This document shows positions 49,938-62,900 of a DNA stretch of 64,000 bases, one piece after another. Below the pieces are notes generated by a model. The model was not told the DNA's origin. It saw only the letters and a list, made by a program, of their open reading frames with translations, and ran no database searches. A program made the translations under genes and the position numbers. The stretch's first letter is position 1, and each line of letters opens with the position of its first letter. Source of the stretch: Nymphaea colorata (Eukaryota); the NCBI RefSeq assembly GCF_008831285.2, contig NC_045138.2, positions 35,154,001 to 35,218,000 of the forward strand, read 5' to 3'.

Positions 49938-52900
49938 ATGGCGGAGGCGATGACTCCTAGCGAAGCATCTTCACCGAGTGAGGCAAAGCCAGAGAAGCCA
50001 GGGCCCGTCTACGCATCAGGGCAAGCACAAGACCTGAGCCGAAGCGTCTTTCGCTCTACCACCTCTGCCATCCGCTCCGCTCTGACCAACGGGGAGTTCC
50101 CCACTCTTCATCTTCAATCGATTCAAGTATGATCCTTACCCACAAAATATGCGAATGCTATTGGTGTGCTTCGTCATCTTCTGTTCCATGAATAGTTAAC
50201 TCGAAGAAAAGAAATAGATTGGAACCCTTCACGAAAATTTAGCGTTTGTGTCCAATTTCTATGCACCTTCGCACAATGACGCGACATCCCAAATCCTCCC
50301 ATTTACCTGGTTAATTAGCTTCATATTAACATCCGTCTATTTGGGATGTAGATTGAAGGACTTCGTTGCTCACTTTGTTTGTGGATCATTTCAAGGATAT
50401 TTCTTAGGCGACTCTTGGTTCATCTTCTTACGATTAACCTTGGAATGCATACTTAGTTCCTCTACTTCCTAGTCATTGCAATCATATAATTCGTATTCCT
50501 GCAGCGATTAGCATTGATCCCGAGTGCTGGGGCTTGGTCGTTGGTGATGTGTTAGAAATATACCATGTCTCTAACATGATTTTTGTAAGATCACCCATGA
50601 CCGATGTCTGTAATTACCAGGCTCCCAGTTGGGGTGCATCTTTTAGTTTCAACGTTCATTAAGTTGTCGCGTGGTTGTGGCTAGGTTTCTCATTTTTCTG
50701 ATGCTTGAGACCGACCATAAAATTGTTTCGGCTCTACCAGTTGCGTAAATCGCACTTTCTTCTGACATACGAGACTACCCATTTTTTGAATACCGTGTCA
50801 TGCCTTGTTTATGCAATTATGTGGCGTATAGGCATAAGTTCTTTGATTACATCCATTTTTAAGGAAGGACCAATCCAAAGATAGCGAAGTTTTCGTACTC
50901 ACTGATGTACTGCTGAAGTCTACAGCAGATGAGCGGTGACGTTCTGCTTAAATACGCAACTAGTGTTACGTGTCATCAGTGGATGATAGGAAACGGTGTG
51001 AACATATTTGTGACCGTAGAGGTCCCAGTTTGGTTCACTTCAGAGTTGCGATGCCTACTTTTCTTTTATTAGTTTGAAGGTAAAATGCACTCCAACTTTT
51101 TCTAACGTAAGAAGCCGCTGAAATGAACAAGTCCACAATTTATCATAGACAACCTGAAAAATTATATTTGCAGACCCATGCTAGGCTCCAAACCAGTGAT
51201 TGGGCTCCAAACAGATTCATACAGACATACATTGACAACTTGAAAGTATGTGATATCAGTGTTGACATCTTAGTTGTCAAGGCGTCTAGGTGCTGCCTAG
51301 GTGCCAGCCAGGCCTGCCTGGCCTAAAAAGGAGTCCAATATATATCTGACTTTTAGTCTGTTACTAACACTTCAGTTCTTTGAGAGCTCTTCTAGATAAA
51401 ATTAGTTGCCATAATCAAGAATTGCATTAAATCTGTAAATGAAGATGAAGAAATTTACCAATATTTAACAAACTTTTGCTCTGTTACTTGTGTATTGAAT
51501 ATTTGATGACCATGAATTGATAAGTATATGCATCAAAGAGGAATTTTACTACATAGTAATTTAGGTAATGTTTTATGCTTCATGTGTTGACTATCATCTA
51601 CATAGCTCATATTGTTTCTTTGTAACTCTAACATCAGACTATGTTGAAGTGAAGTCTGCACGTATTTCTCTGATTACTAGACATGCATTAAACAAGAGAA
51701 ACTGGTGGTCTTTTTGCCATTCACCTAGGTTTTAACATGGGTAAGAAGGCTAACATAGGTTCCACAAAATATGTTTTAGAGCACATAAGATATATACAGA
51801 AATTCATGGTTTTATAGAATATGTACTTAACGTATGGCTGAAACTTCCACGTGATGAGTTGATATAGAATATGTAATTAACGTACAACAAACTGTACTTA
51901 AAGAACAGAAATTATATAATAGAACTGCATATAATATAATTATATATGGTATAAGAGTGTATAATAAAATTACAAGACTTAATTTGAATGGAAGGTGACT
52001 TTTCATCTTCCCATGGACTAGGCGTGCTAGCGCCTAGTCCAACCTAGACGCACCTAGGCGTCAGCTTAACACCTGTTGCCTAAGTGATGGACTTAGGCGA
52101 CGGGTGTGGACTCATGCCTAGGCGACGGCTAGGCATGGACTAGTCCATGCCTTAACAACTAAGGTTGACATGAAATATATGAATTGCTGTTTATAACAGA
52201 AGATGGATTTCTTGTCTTTTCCCATTTGCTTGCTACAGGATTCAATTCCGGAAGTGAAATCTTGGTACAAAGACTATGAAGATGCTATTGTTAGGAAAGT
52301 GAAAGGTAATTCTTCTGTTTATGTAACATTTTTTTCAGATTAGATTTCTATAGGCATGCTTTTTTGATTTCCTGAGTCCTTATTGAAACTTTGGAATTTT
52401 ACTTAATTGTGTTTATAGAGGAGTTGATCAGTGCACGTGAACACCCATCTGCAGCTGCTGGAATTGCTATAGCAACAGGTCTCCTTCTCTTGCGAGGTAT
52501 TAACCATAAATTTGTCTTACCACATGGAGATAAGTTTATTCTTACTATTATATTTTGTCTATTTCTCTATTTTAACCATGTTGCTCTATCCATAGGTCCA
52601 AGGAGGTTATTGTTTCGTCAGACATTTGGCCGTCTCCAAAGTGAAGAGGTAGGTAATCTTTTACATATTTTGCTGTACATTTCAAATGAAGCTTAAGATG
52701 TATGTTTGTGAAGATGCTGTAGTGTAGCTGTCGACACCAGTAGTCTAGTAAAGTAGTAATGTGATTGATTTTTCTCACGTGCAACCATAAAGGTTCGCTG
52801 ACTGGAAAAAGCCCACAGGGATAAATGAGGTGTTTTTCTGTTCACTTCAAAGAGAGGAAGCAGATAAATTAGGGCAACTGTTTAATAATGTGTGCTTCTT

Positions 52901-54288
52901 TCTTCTTTTTCCATGACAAAGATAACTATGCTGTTAATGTGGAGGTCAGTCACTATAACTCCAATTTTAAATGAAAGATCGAGAAATACCTGCAAATGTT
53001 CCCTTGAATTACATCTGCAAGCTAATGGTACACACCCTTCTTGGGAAAGAAGCCAAGATACTTATATGATATTGAAATGTTGAACTAGACCTTTAATGAA
53101 AATTACTCATCGAATTTTAATCATTTTTTTTTTCAACTGGTAAAAAGTTGGAACTGATATATCCATATTAAAGTCACATTTTTGTTTTTGAAATTTGATT
53201 TGTATATTAAGACAAATCTTATGGTTAGTCTGATCACATTCTCTGTTACTTAGGATAGAAGCAGTGATTTCTTTCCTTAGTCAGTGATTTAATTGTTTGG
53301 TTCTTGAACTTGAAAAGATGCTCAAGATCAGAGACTTAGATGTAGTGCAGCAAAGCTACTATGCTCCAAAGCTTTGGGATTTCAGTCATAAGAAGTTTCA
53401 AGTTGTAAGTATTTCTGCAGGCACAATTCCTCAAAGTTGAGAGAAATGTGACTGAGCTTGGCCAGTCAATTGATCTTATAAAGAAAGAGAGTAAAAAGTT
53501 ACGGGAGAGGGCTTCTTTTGCTCAAGAGGAAATGAACCGTGGTCATACTAAGCTCAAGTAACATAGCAAACCTTTGTGTTGTCTTAAAACATTCATTGCC
53601 TTACATGGTTTCCAACTACAAGTTTAAAGATTGAGTTAATTTCCAGGAATGCGGGACGTGAAATTCAAAGGCTTGCAGATTCTGTCTACAAAATGGAATC
53701 ACAAGCTTTGGGTAAGCATTTTACTCATTTTCTTCTGTAAATTGAATGACTGGCTAGGAGATCCTTTCTGAGTGTTGAAGGACAGTAGTCTAAACATAAA
53801 TTCTGATACAGATTTAGTGGATGGATTGCGGGAGGTGCCTGGTAGAGAGGCTTTACGGCTCCGAGCAGAGGCAAGTGATGTGTCTTTGGTCCTCTACTAT
53901 TGCCTGGTTTTTGCTATTATATCTTACCTTTTATGTTTGCCTCTTTCGAATGAGTTGAATTACATCACGGAATAGTCAACTGACGAACTTGACGTTCTCA
54001 TGTACGAGATAGTTTTACCCGCTGTTGTCTAAAGTAAAAGTTGGTCTCATTAAGATGCACATTCGATGTGGTTCTTATTGCTGGATGGTAAACAACTACA
54101 AGTCCTTGCTTTTGAGAATTTGCCTGGATCTGCACAAAGTCGACAGTGAAAATGTTGGGATTTCGATGTACATTATTTACAATAATATTTGTCTGCAGGT
54201 TGCTTCTATGGCGTCCCAATTGAAGCAGGAGAGGACTGCTCTTAACAAAAGAATTTTAAAAATCTCCGACTATGGAATAGCAGTATGA
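49938..54288 (+). CDS. RHIP1: RGS1-HXK1-interacting protein 1 homologue, 245 aa, 8 exons
   Basis: Exons 49938-50126, 52239-52305, 52419-52496, 52596-52648, 53421-53557, 53647-53711, 53812-53870 and 54199-54288 total 738 nt in one frame: YKDYEDA..AREHP..LLLLRGPRRLLFRQTFGRLQSEEAQF..KESKKL..DGLREVPGREALRLRAEVASMAS..KISDYGIAV*. Intron 7 has a GC donor. Confidence 0.88.
51269..52163. mobile_element. Non-autonomous hAT element in RHIP1 intron 1
   Basis: TIRs CTTAGTTGTCAAGGC and GCCTTAACAACTAAG (14/15 match), perfect 8-bp TSD GTTGACAT (51261-51268, 52164-52171), CCTAGG-type subterminal repeats. Confidence 0.9.
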
Positions 54289-55201
54289 GACTGCAACTCT
54301 TCAGAAACTGCATCGTTCTCAGCTGCCTGCAGGCAATTAGGGCCAAGTTGTGCATCGAATGGCTTCATGGTGACGGGAGTTTTTTCAATAGTTATCATGA
54401 GCTTTGCAAGGCATATTTGTAGCTTGCAAGCTTACTATGTCAATGTTGGATTTTTCTTTCCGGGTGAAGGATACCATGACGATCTCATGTACCACCTGTT
54501 CGAGTTTGCTTCATGTTTCCACATCGATGGCCTGGCCTCGATTAACTACATAATAAAGAGAAGTGGCTTATGAAATTGACAAGACTTTTCTAAGTGCATA
54601 CAAACTCATAACAGCGAACATTTGCGATCCTCTCTCTCTATCTCTCACGAGGGAATGCGTTGGTAATACCTACTTGTGGCCATGAAAAAAAGCCCTATTC
54701 TGATCGTTGCACCGAGAGCACCAGTCATAGTTGCACCGAGAGCACTAGTCAGAAGTTGGCTATTATGAACCTGGTAAACGATGACGAAACTGGGCAAGAA
54801 TGGTGCAGAAACTTGCCTGGGAAAAGTTCTGCTTGTGTGGCCAGCGATCAGCAGCCTTTTGAAGTTTAAACGATCAACATCGTCATCCCACGTTGGACGC
54901 AGATTTCTTTTCTTGGTTGTAGTTGGTCCCGGAACGGAACACGAGCTATAACTTCCTTTCCAAGTCCCTTTTAGTTGAGTGTGGCTGGGTTGCCGATACT
55001 AGTTACTTCTCTGGAGATTTAACTCCAATCGGTTGCCAGATGACGGCTTCTCGATAGTGGGTGGCGGAAAATGTTCATCAAATGTGGGTCTCTGGTGTGG
55101 TGAGCAAGAGGCTTATGGCCCACTACCGTGAAAAGAGCCCAAGCTCCTCTCCAACCACTCCACACAGGCTGTATTGGTGTTCGTAATGGCAGCGTTCCAC
55201 T

Positions 55202-55581
55202 TAGGGATGTCAATATATTAGATTTGAATCGGATATCCGACCGATTCGATCCGAAAAAATCAGATATGGATAAAAATTTAATATCCGATTAAGAAATCGG
55301 ATCGGATTCGGATTTAATAAATGACATTCGATCGGATTCGGATTCGGATATGGATTCGGATCAGATTCAGTTTTAGACAAATATCCTCTATCTAATACTT
55401 GAAAAATGGCAAAATCCGGTTCAAAAATCGGATTCGGATCGGATTTCGGATTGTAAAATCGGATTTCGGATATGACTTTGCTTTATTCGAATTCGAATCC
55501 GAATCCGAATATATGACTATCCGAAAAAACAGATATGGTTGAAGATGTATCCGACCCGAATCTGATCCGTTGACATCCTTA
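55202..55581. mobile_element. hAT-family MITE
   Basis: TIRs TAGGGATGTCAA and TTGACATCCTTA (11/12), 8-bp TSD GTTCCAC(T/C), body packed with TCGGAT/ATCCGA repeats. Confidence 0.88.
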
Positions 55582-56229
55582 GTTCCACCTGGCAGTGCTA
55601 AACAATCCGATACAGATACAGAGTTACCATTGATGTTTATGACATTGCTTTCAGCATCTTTGAAACCAATGTTTGCAACACTGCTTCTACGTTGCAGAGA
55701 GTTTCACGAAAGGATTGGCGCGTTTCAGCACACTTTGAGTGCAGCAAACATTCTGAGGCCTTCGGCAACACCTATAACAAAATGCAATAAACATAACAAA
55801 ATAATATATCCGATGGCGGTTTGGGATCTGTACCACACTTTACACATGGGAAAGTGAATAGAATAAAGTGGAAAGAACGTTTAAGCATCAAGTCCTCTAC
55901 TGCTCTACAGTCTGATGTCCTATGATATAGTCAAAGCGCGGCCTAACAGTCTGTCGTTCACGTACCTGTAGGTATCTGAGGTTGAAACTATACGTGCCTT
56001 CAGACGCTCGAGACAAAGTTTCATCTCATCAAAACTTCGTGAGCTTCTAAAATTTAAACAGATTCTTGTGAACTTTCAAGGCCAAGAAACAAGTTAATCG
56101 GTCCCAGTCCTGTATATATTTTTCTTCTTGGTATGAATTCCTGTTTCTGCTGCTGACTCTGAGGTCCAGACTGACACAGCTGCCCAAATCCTTCCAAGTA
56201 TCCAGAAAATGAACGGCGAATTAAATTTT

Positions 56230-56626
56230 GATCAGACGGACATGATACCATCCAAGCCATCCGAATCCTAAATCCAATTTCATAAAATCTGAATTCCATC
56301 TTTCTAAATTCACATCCAAATTTGACTCTAAATTTTAGTTTAGAATGTAAGAGTATTGAACATTTTTAAAAATTAATCCAATCGAATATGATCAGATAAA
56401 TCTAATTTTAAATTTAAATTTAAAAGGATTGACTTTACATTAGAGCTCTTTTTTTACTTTTCTTTATTTTCTATTTTTTTTAATTAATAGACCATTGATT
56501 ATTTTTTTCTTTCCTTTTCCTCCATACAAACAGGTAGGTGGTAAATTTAATTCATTTTTATAAATAAATTAATTTTATAAATAAATTAATCAAACATCCA
56601 ATATAAATCCGATATATTGACATCTA
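56230..56626. mobile_element. Decayed, inverted relative of the 55202 MITE
   Basis: Ends in ATCCGATATATTGACATCTA, close to the reverse complement of the MITE's left end; the AT-rich body retains ATCC(G/A)AAT remnants. Left boundary uncertain. Confidence 0.45.
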
Positions 56627-56967
56627 TGTCCAACCGGAAAGGGCGGCGGCGACAACAAGAAGAAGGGACGGGAAATGCAACATCAGATGGAGCCGGCGGT
56701 AGCAGTAGTGAGATGGGCTGACAACAAAGAGATGGACCAACATCAGCATCGATACTTAACAATAAGTCAATCGAGAGGGTAAGAGAAAGATAGGGGCGTT
56801 GGAGTTGCGGGTTCGTGGAGTAGCGCCTTTACCATTGCAGATCCAGTTTGCACCTCCTCAAGCCAGTTTGAAGTCCAACAGTGTTGGAAAACAGAAAAGG
56901 CATGAAGCCATCAAGCAGGAAAGAGCCGAGGCCATCATGAGGAGCAGCATCTTTGATCCTTCTATTG

Positions 56968-59664
56968 ATGAGGTGTCTGAGACGTTCCTGGTGTAGCTTC
57001 TCCGCCTCTCCTGGCGGCCTTCCTCGTTGCGTACTCGCGGCGATCACCAGCGCAGTCTCTTCCTCAAAATCGCTGCAACAAACCGGAGAGGTTCATGCAC
57101 GGATCCTCGTCTTCGGCCTCCACCACCTGCCATTCTTCTCCGGCAAGCTTATTGTTAGTTATGCCAAACATGGGAACCCTCACCTCTCCCGGCTGGTTTT
57201 CAAGCAGGTCTCTCCAACCACCAATATATTTCTATGGAATTCCGTTATTCGAGCCTTTACCAACAACGGGTATTTCTCGGATGCTATCGACACTTGCTGC
57301 CAGATGCATAATTTGGGCCTTGTGCCGGACCGGTTTACGCTTCCCTCTCTCATAAATGCTTGTGCTGGCTTAATCGATTTGGAAACGGGCAAGAAGCTGC
57401 ATGAGAGGGCGATCGCATTGGGTTTTGAATTCGATATTTATGTCGCCAACTCTCTTATTGATATGTATGCAAAATGTGGCAGTTTGAATGATGCTCATAA
57501 GTTGTTCGTTAAAATTCCGCAGCGTGATATCGTTTCATGGAATGCTCTCATCTCTGGCTACGCATCAAACAAACAGTGGGATGAGGCGTTGCTTCTCTAC
57601 TATGAATTTAGATTGTCCAGGTTGGAGCCTGATTTGTTTACGGTGGGCAGCGTTTTGCTTGTTTGTGGTGGTGCAGGCGATCTGCTGGAGGGTCAACTGA
57701 CGCATGGCATTGCTCATAAGATTGGAATCGAGCGGAACATTTCAGTAGGCAATGCTCTTCTCTCTATGTATGCCAAGTGCAACAGTCTGGACGATGTCTG
57801 CCGTGTTTTCTATGGGATGCCTCAAAGAGACATAGTTACTTGGAACACAATGATTAGCACATGCATCCAATTCGAATTGTTCCGTGAAGCTATTGAACAT
57901 TTCCGGAGGATGATTTTAAGATTTAAACCAGATTTGTTGACTGTGACAACTGTCCTTCATGCATGTGGTCACCTAGAGGATTTGGAGCAGGGGAAATCTG
58001 TTCATGAGTACTTGGTGAGGAATGGGTATAAGCTTGATGCTACGTTGAGTAACGTTCTTATTACAATGTATGGAAGATGTGGATGCCTGAAGGCTTGTCA
58101 AGAAGTATTCGATCAACGGATGGAGCCGGATTTGGTCGCATGGAATGCTCTGACTAATGCGTGCATCCAATGTGGATATTACCGTGAGGGGATGCAGAAT
58201 TTCAAGCGGATGAAAAGGATAGGAATGGAACCCGATTCTGTCACATTTGTCACACTCCTTCAAGTGTGTAGCAATTTCGTGGACTTGTTTTTGGCGAAGA
58301 GCGTGCACAGTTATATTATAAAAGCTGGGTTTGAAAATGATCTGCTTATTTCCAATTTGATCATCGATACATATGCAAAATGCGACAGTGTGCATGACGC
58401 GATGACAATGTTTGAGATCGCTAAGGTGAAGGATGTGATGTCTTGGAATGCAATCATATCGGGCAGCATTCAATGTGGGTCTTGCAACTTAGGCTTGACG
58501 ATATTCAGAAAAATGAACACACGGGGGGTGTTAGCGGACAAGGTAACAATGCTTGGTATTTTGCCTGCTTTTTCTTTTTTGGGCTCCAAGAGACATGGTA
58601 AAGAGGTTCACGGTTTTATTTTCAAAGTTGGTCTTGATGGGAGTGTTCCAGTCAACAATGCCATGATTAACATGTACTCGAAGTGTGGGGATATGAAGTA
58701 CTCTTTTCAAGTATTTGCTTCAATAAAAGAGAAAGATGTTGTGACTTGGACAACTATGATTTATGCATATGGAATGCATGGTTTTGGGAAGAAGGCTGTG
58801 GAAACTTTTACGAAGATGGAGGAGATCGGTGAGGAACCTGATAGTGTTGCATTTATTGCTGCAATGTACGCATGTAGCCATGCTGGTTTGGTAGATGAAG
58901 GTTTGAGATTGTTCAGTCGAATGCAAAAATGTTACCAGATAGAACCCAAGATGGAGCATTATGCATGTGTGGTTGATCTTCTATCTCGATCAGGGAAACA
59001 AGAAGAGGCGGAAAAATGGATATCTTCCATGCCCTTGGAGCCTGATGCAAGTGTTTGGGGTGCTTTGCTCAGCTCTTGCCGGAAGACTGGTGAAACTAAA
59101 ATTGCTGAACGTGTCTCAGCAAAAATTTTGAACTCCAGTGATTCATATGATGCTGGGTACCTTGTTCTGGTTTCCAACATGTATGCTTCTAACAGAAAGT
59201 GGAATGAGGTTTCAAAAATCAGGAGAAGAATGCGAGCAAGGGGATGGAAAAAAATTCCAGGATATAGCTGGTTAGAGATAAAAAATAGAGTTTATGTTTT
59301 CGGAAATGGAGATAGACGTGGTGAACAGTCGGAGGAGCTTTACTGCTTATTAGAAAGACTAGGAAAAATGATGGCAAAGGATGGTTATATTGCTGACGAA
59401 AGATTTGTTCTACATGATGTTGAGGAAGATGAAAAGGTTGATATGCTATGTGGCCACAGTGAAAGGCTGGCAATAGCGTTTGCTATACTGAACACCACGC
59501 CAGGCACACCATTATTGATAATGAAGAACTTGCGTGTCTGTGGAGATTGCCACACCGTAACTAAATATATTTCAAAGATCTTCCAGCGGGAGTTGACGGT
59601 CAGAGATGCAAATCGTTTCCACTATTTCAAGCAGGGGACCTGCAGTTGTGATGATTACTGGTGA
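56968..59664 (+). CDS. PLS-class PPR protein with E and DYW domains (organellar C-to-U RNA editing factor), At3g03580/MEF26-like, 898 aa
   Basis: Intronless ORF with tandem PLS motifs (NSLIDMYAKCG, RDIVSWNALISGY), PG box KKIPGYSW, HSERLA and CGDCH deaminase signatures and terminal DYW. First in-frame ATG at 56968 begins an Arg/Ser-rich presequence-like stretch. Confidence 0.95.
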   Translation: MRCLRRSWCSFSASPGGLPRCVLAAITSAVSSSKSLQQTGEVHARILVFGLHHLPFFSGKLIVSYAKHGNPHLSRLVFKQVSPTTNIFLWNSVIRAFTNNGYFSDAIDTCCQMHNLGLVPDRFTLPSLINACAGLIDLETGKKLHERAIALGFEFDIYVANSLIDMYAKCGSLNDAHKLFVKIPQRDIVSWNALISGYASNKQWDEALLLYYEFRLSRLEPDLFTVGSVLLVCGGAGDLLEGQLTHGIAHKIGIERNISVGNALLSMYAKCNSLDDVCRVFYGMPQRDIVTWNTMISTCIQFELFREAIEHFRRMILRFKPDLLTVTTVLHACGHLEDLEQGKSVHEYLVRNGYKLDATLSNVLITMYGRCGCLKACQEVFDQRMEPDLVAWNALTNACIQCGYYREGMQNFKRMKRIGMEPDSVTFVTLLQVCSNFVDLFLAKSVHSYIIKAGFENDLLISNLIIDTYAKCDSVHDAMTMFEIAKVKDVMSWNAIISGSIQCGSCNLGLTIFRKMNTRGVLADKVTMLGILPAFSFLGSKRHGKEVHGFIFKVGLDGSVPVNNAMINMYSKCGDMKYSFQVFASIKEKDVVTWTTMIYAYGMHGFGKKAVETFTKMEEIGEEPDSVAFIAAMYACSHAGLVDEGLRLFSRMQKCYQIEPKMEHYACVVDLLSRSGKQEEAEKWISSMPLEPDASVWGALLSSCRKTGETKIAERVSAKILNSSDSYDAGYLVLVSNMYASNRKWNEVSKIRRRMRARGWKKIPGYSWLEIKNRVYVFGNGDRRGEQSEELYCLLERLGKMMAKDGYIADERFVLHDVEEDEKVDMLCGHSERLAIAFAILNTTPGTPLLIMKNLRVCGDCHTVTKYISKIFQRELTVRDANRFHYFKQGTCSCDDYW

Positions 59665-59916
59665 TAGTCTTGGCTATTCATTACATGCAATGCATGATGG
59701 AGAGAAGTAGGGATCACGACAGAACTCTTTCTCAGGATGTAGGTTTGGGAAGGCTGGAAAGTAGCAAGAGGGAAAAGAAAGGAGTGAAGAACTGCCAAAA
59801 CAGATAAAAGGATTAGGAAAAGCGGCCCAATGCCATTTCTGTTTCACACTCTTGGATGTCCATTTTAAAGCTTTCTGAAGACAAAGCGTCACTGAAGGTG
59901 GGAGAAGATGAATGGA

Positions 59917-62900
59917 CCAACTCTAGCATCGGTCTTCACCCATTCTGGGATAAGCCAAATCTAAATCTTCTGCTAGATCTATTGTGTGGCCCCTGTTTCA
60001 GAGTGCTTTTTTGTCTTCAGTAGCATAACATGTTAAAAGAAACCGTAGGTAGAGGTTATTGATTCTCCATTTGCATGAGAGTGGACCATCCTGACACTTC
60101 ATTTCAGGATCCACGCAAAGCGGTGATGTTGGTAGTGAGTCTACCTCTGCTATTGAATCTTCACGATTGAAGTCCCATAATAGTAGATCTATTCATGTTA
60201 CCAGTGTAGGTGGCAATTCCTAAACAGCCATAGCTGTTCTCTTCATTGCTAGCTGCCAATGTTTTATTACCTTTTAACAATAGTGGCTTCCTCCATTTTT
60301 TGTGATCTCATAACTGTTAATTGTCAATAATTTTTGAAAACAATATTTGGCTTACTATAGCTCTTTAATTATTCATCATTCTGCTATTTTTGTATACAGT
60401 ATGTACCTGCAGGAAGTTATGGTTTCTCGCTTTTTTCACTTCCAGTCTAACATTGACAGACACTAGGAGATCTGATGCAGACCTTCCCACCAGGAGGCTG
60501 AGAACCAGGGCCAGCACGGCCAAGCAAGGCCAAGAGAGTCAAGCGCCATCGGCGAGCATGTTGAAAAGCATAGATCAGCTAAGGGAGACTAACATAGAAC
60601 TTGAAGTTGATGCAGCGGGTGGTGTGGGCGGAGCATCATCAGCGGAGCACGGGCAGCGGGCTGAAGACTTCAAGGCGGAGCAGGCACGGGAATTAGACCT
60701 AGATCCGGTTATAGCGAGTTCGAACCCTGAGTCTAGTCTTGACCCAGTCCACGCGTGGCAAGCCTAAGGCCGAACTTAGGCAAGTTATATGGCTGAACCC
60801 GTGAGGGAGTTATATGGCTGAACCCGTGAGGGAGAGGTCAAACTCACTAAACATTCGAGACGTCTCGCCTCGATCTCCTTTTATGCTTTTGCTTTATAGT
60901 TGAGTCGTTTCATTTCAGCAAGTGTCTCGGTTCACATGTTAAGAACCGGTTTTATTTCAAATACTTAAACTCTTTTGTAAGTCTTTTTTCATTATGCAAT
61001 CAAGAATTAGAAGTTGAGTTTTTTCGTGTGAATTGGCTCTCGCATCTCTCTTTCCTTCATCGTCTTACCGCCGGTGATCGGAATCCAAAGGCTCCAACCC
61101 GTGGCTCTGGTTGAAGCAAAACAGGTTTGAAGACGTTCCTTGAGGCCATCTGAAATCCTCTTGGAGCACCTTCTTCCTACGCACAAATTCCCCGACTGAA
61201 TCGCCATCTTCTCACGGTGCAACTTCTTCCTCCTCGGAAGGAGTTATAGGCTGGAGAAGATAATCGGGAAGGCTTGGAGGAGAGCGACTCGTGGCTCTAG
61301 TCGCCTAGTACCCAAGCGCACGACTCCGGCTACAAGAGAAGAGGTAGGTGCCGTTAATCTCCCGACTCCTTCCCTACTTGAGCAGAGCAGAGGACTAGTT
61401 GAAATCGTCCCTAGTAGGCCCCTTGATCTCTGCTAAAAACAGAGAGAAAGAGCACCGGAAAGGAGGATCGACGCTAGCTCTTAGAGGACTGATTTTCAAG
61501 TGAGAAACCGAGAGAGCTCGTCGGAATTCCGTTGGTAGACGGCCAATAGGATTTCAATGAAATTGACCGGTTAATCCCCTTGGAAACTCGTCCACGACAG
61601 CAGCAATCAATCCAGCATCGTACTTGAGTTGATGTTTGCTGTCGAGGAAGGAGATTTGTTCCCTGCTCGTCTTTCCCAAATCGTGCGCAATATCATGCAC
61701 ATAATAGCAGGAATAGAACAGCAAATTGAGAGGAAGTTTCAGATCAATTATGAACAAGGTCAAGGCAGTTTTCACTCTCTCGTTGGCTCAGTTAGGATTG
61801 CCCAGATTTTAGCTGCAATTTGTCGAAGTTTCAACCAATTCGGATGAGAATTGAGTGAGTTCTAACCAACGATCGGAAATCCATTTCTGCCACCGGAAAT
61901 ACTCAACGCTGCACTAACTCCGGCGAAACCCGATCGACGTCCAATCTTTTTCGCCGCACTAACTCCGGTGAAACCTGATTGGCATCCAATCTTTTTCGCC
62001 GATTCCAAGTTTGCCCATGGTCATTAATTGACTAATTGATTACTGGCTTATTTGGAAAGGGCAGTTTGGTAAACTCAAGGGGATAGCGGTAAAGAGTCCA
62101 AACCCGTGGGCGCTCACTCCTCTTCTTTCCCTTCGGCTTCCCTTCATTACATAACACTTTTCATTTTAAGGAGCTCCACACTTGGCCACCCATAAAGGTA
62201 AGTTAATTTCATCCCTCGCCAAGTGTCCTCTTCATCATTACACCCCAGCCACAACGGTTCACCCCCTTCACTCGCATCCTTCACCTCCTCTACCCGTTGG
62301 CCTCCCTTTCTTCTTGTAACCGTCCCTAAAGCCAACTCACCAGCCCAAGAGTCTTACCCTCTTAACTCGCCACTTGTCCAACTCTTGAATCCTCATCATT
62401 ACCCCACCCCACTTTGAGTCATAACCCCATCTCCCTCCCGTGCATAACACCTATACCCTCTTGTATGACCCTTTGGCTCTCCCCAAACCAAAACCTGTAC
62501 CATCTTAAGTGCTCCACTCCTCACGCCACCTTGCCTCTCATCATTAGCCTCACATTAACTCTCCACTCATTGACATTATCCAGCCCTCACGACAATTAAG
62601 CTTCTTTCCATCCAAGTCCCTTAGTTCCCTCCTTGGTGTAGCTCATCCTCATAACCGACCATACTAATTAAGAGCCACCTCTCATCATTAAGAGCCATCT
62701 CACCTAGCCTTAATTTCACTCTCTCTTATGACTAACCCTCCACCGTCATACGCCTGACCCTTAGTTTATCTCTAAGCCATAACCAAACCCTTAGCAATTA
62801 ATTTCCATCTCCCGGCTCTATACAACCTAACCCAAATCGAGCCTACCTAATCCCACTCCGAGCTCACTCCTTGTTCCGGACTCGGTTTGACCCCTTGGAG

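Noticed and set aside
28257..59664. Functional cluster (pyruvate kinase plus RHIP1 for sugar; CIA30 plus PPR for mitochondria)
   Set aside because: Unrelated families in mixed orientation; thematic overlap among housekeeping genes is expected by chance and nothing in the sequence shows co-regulation.
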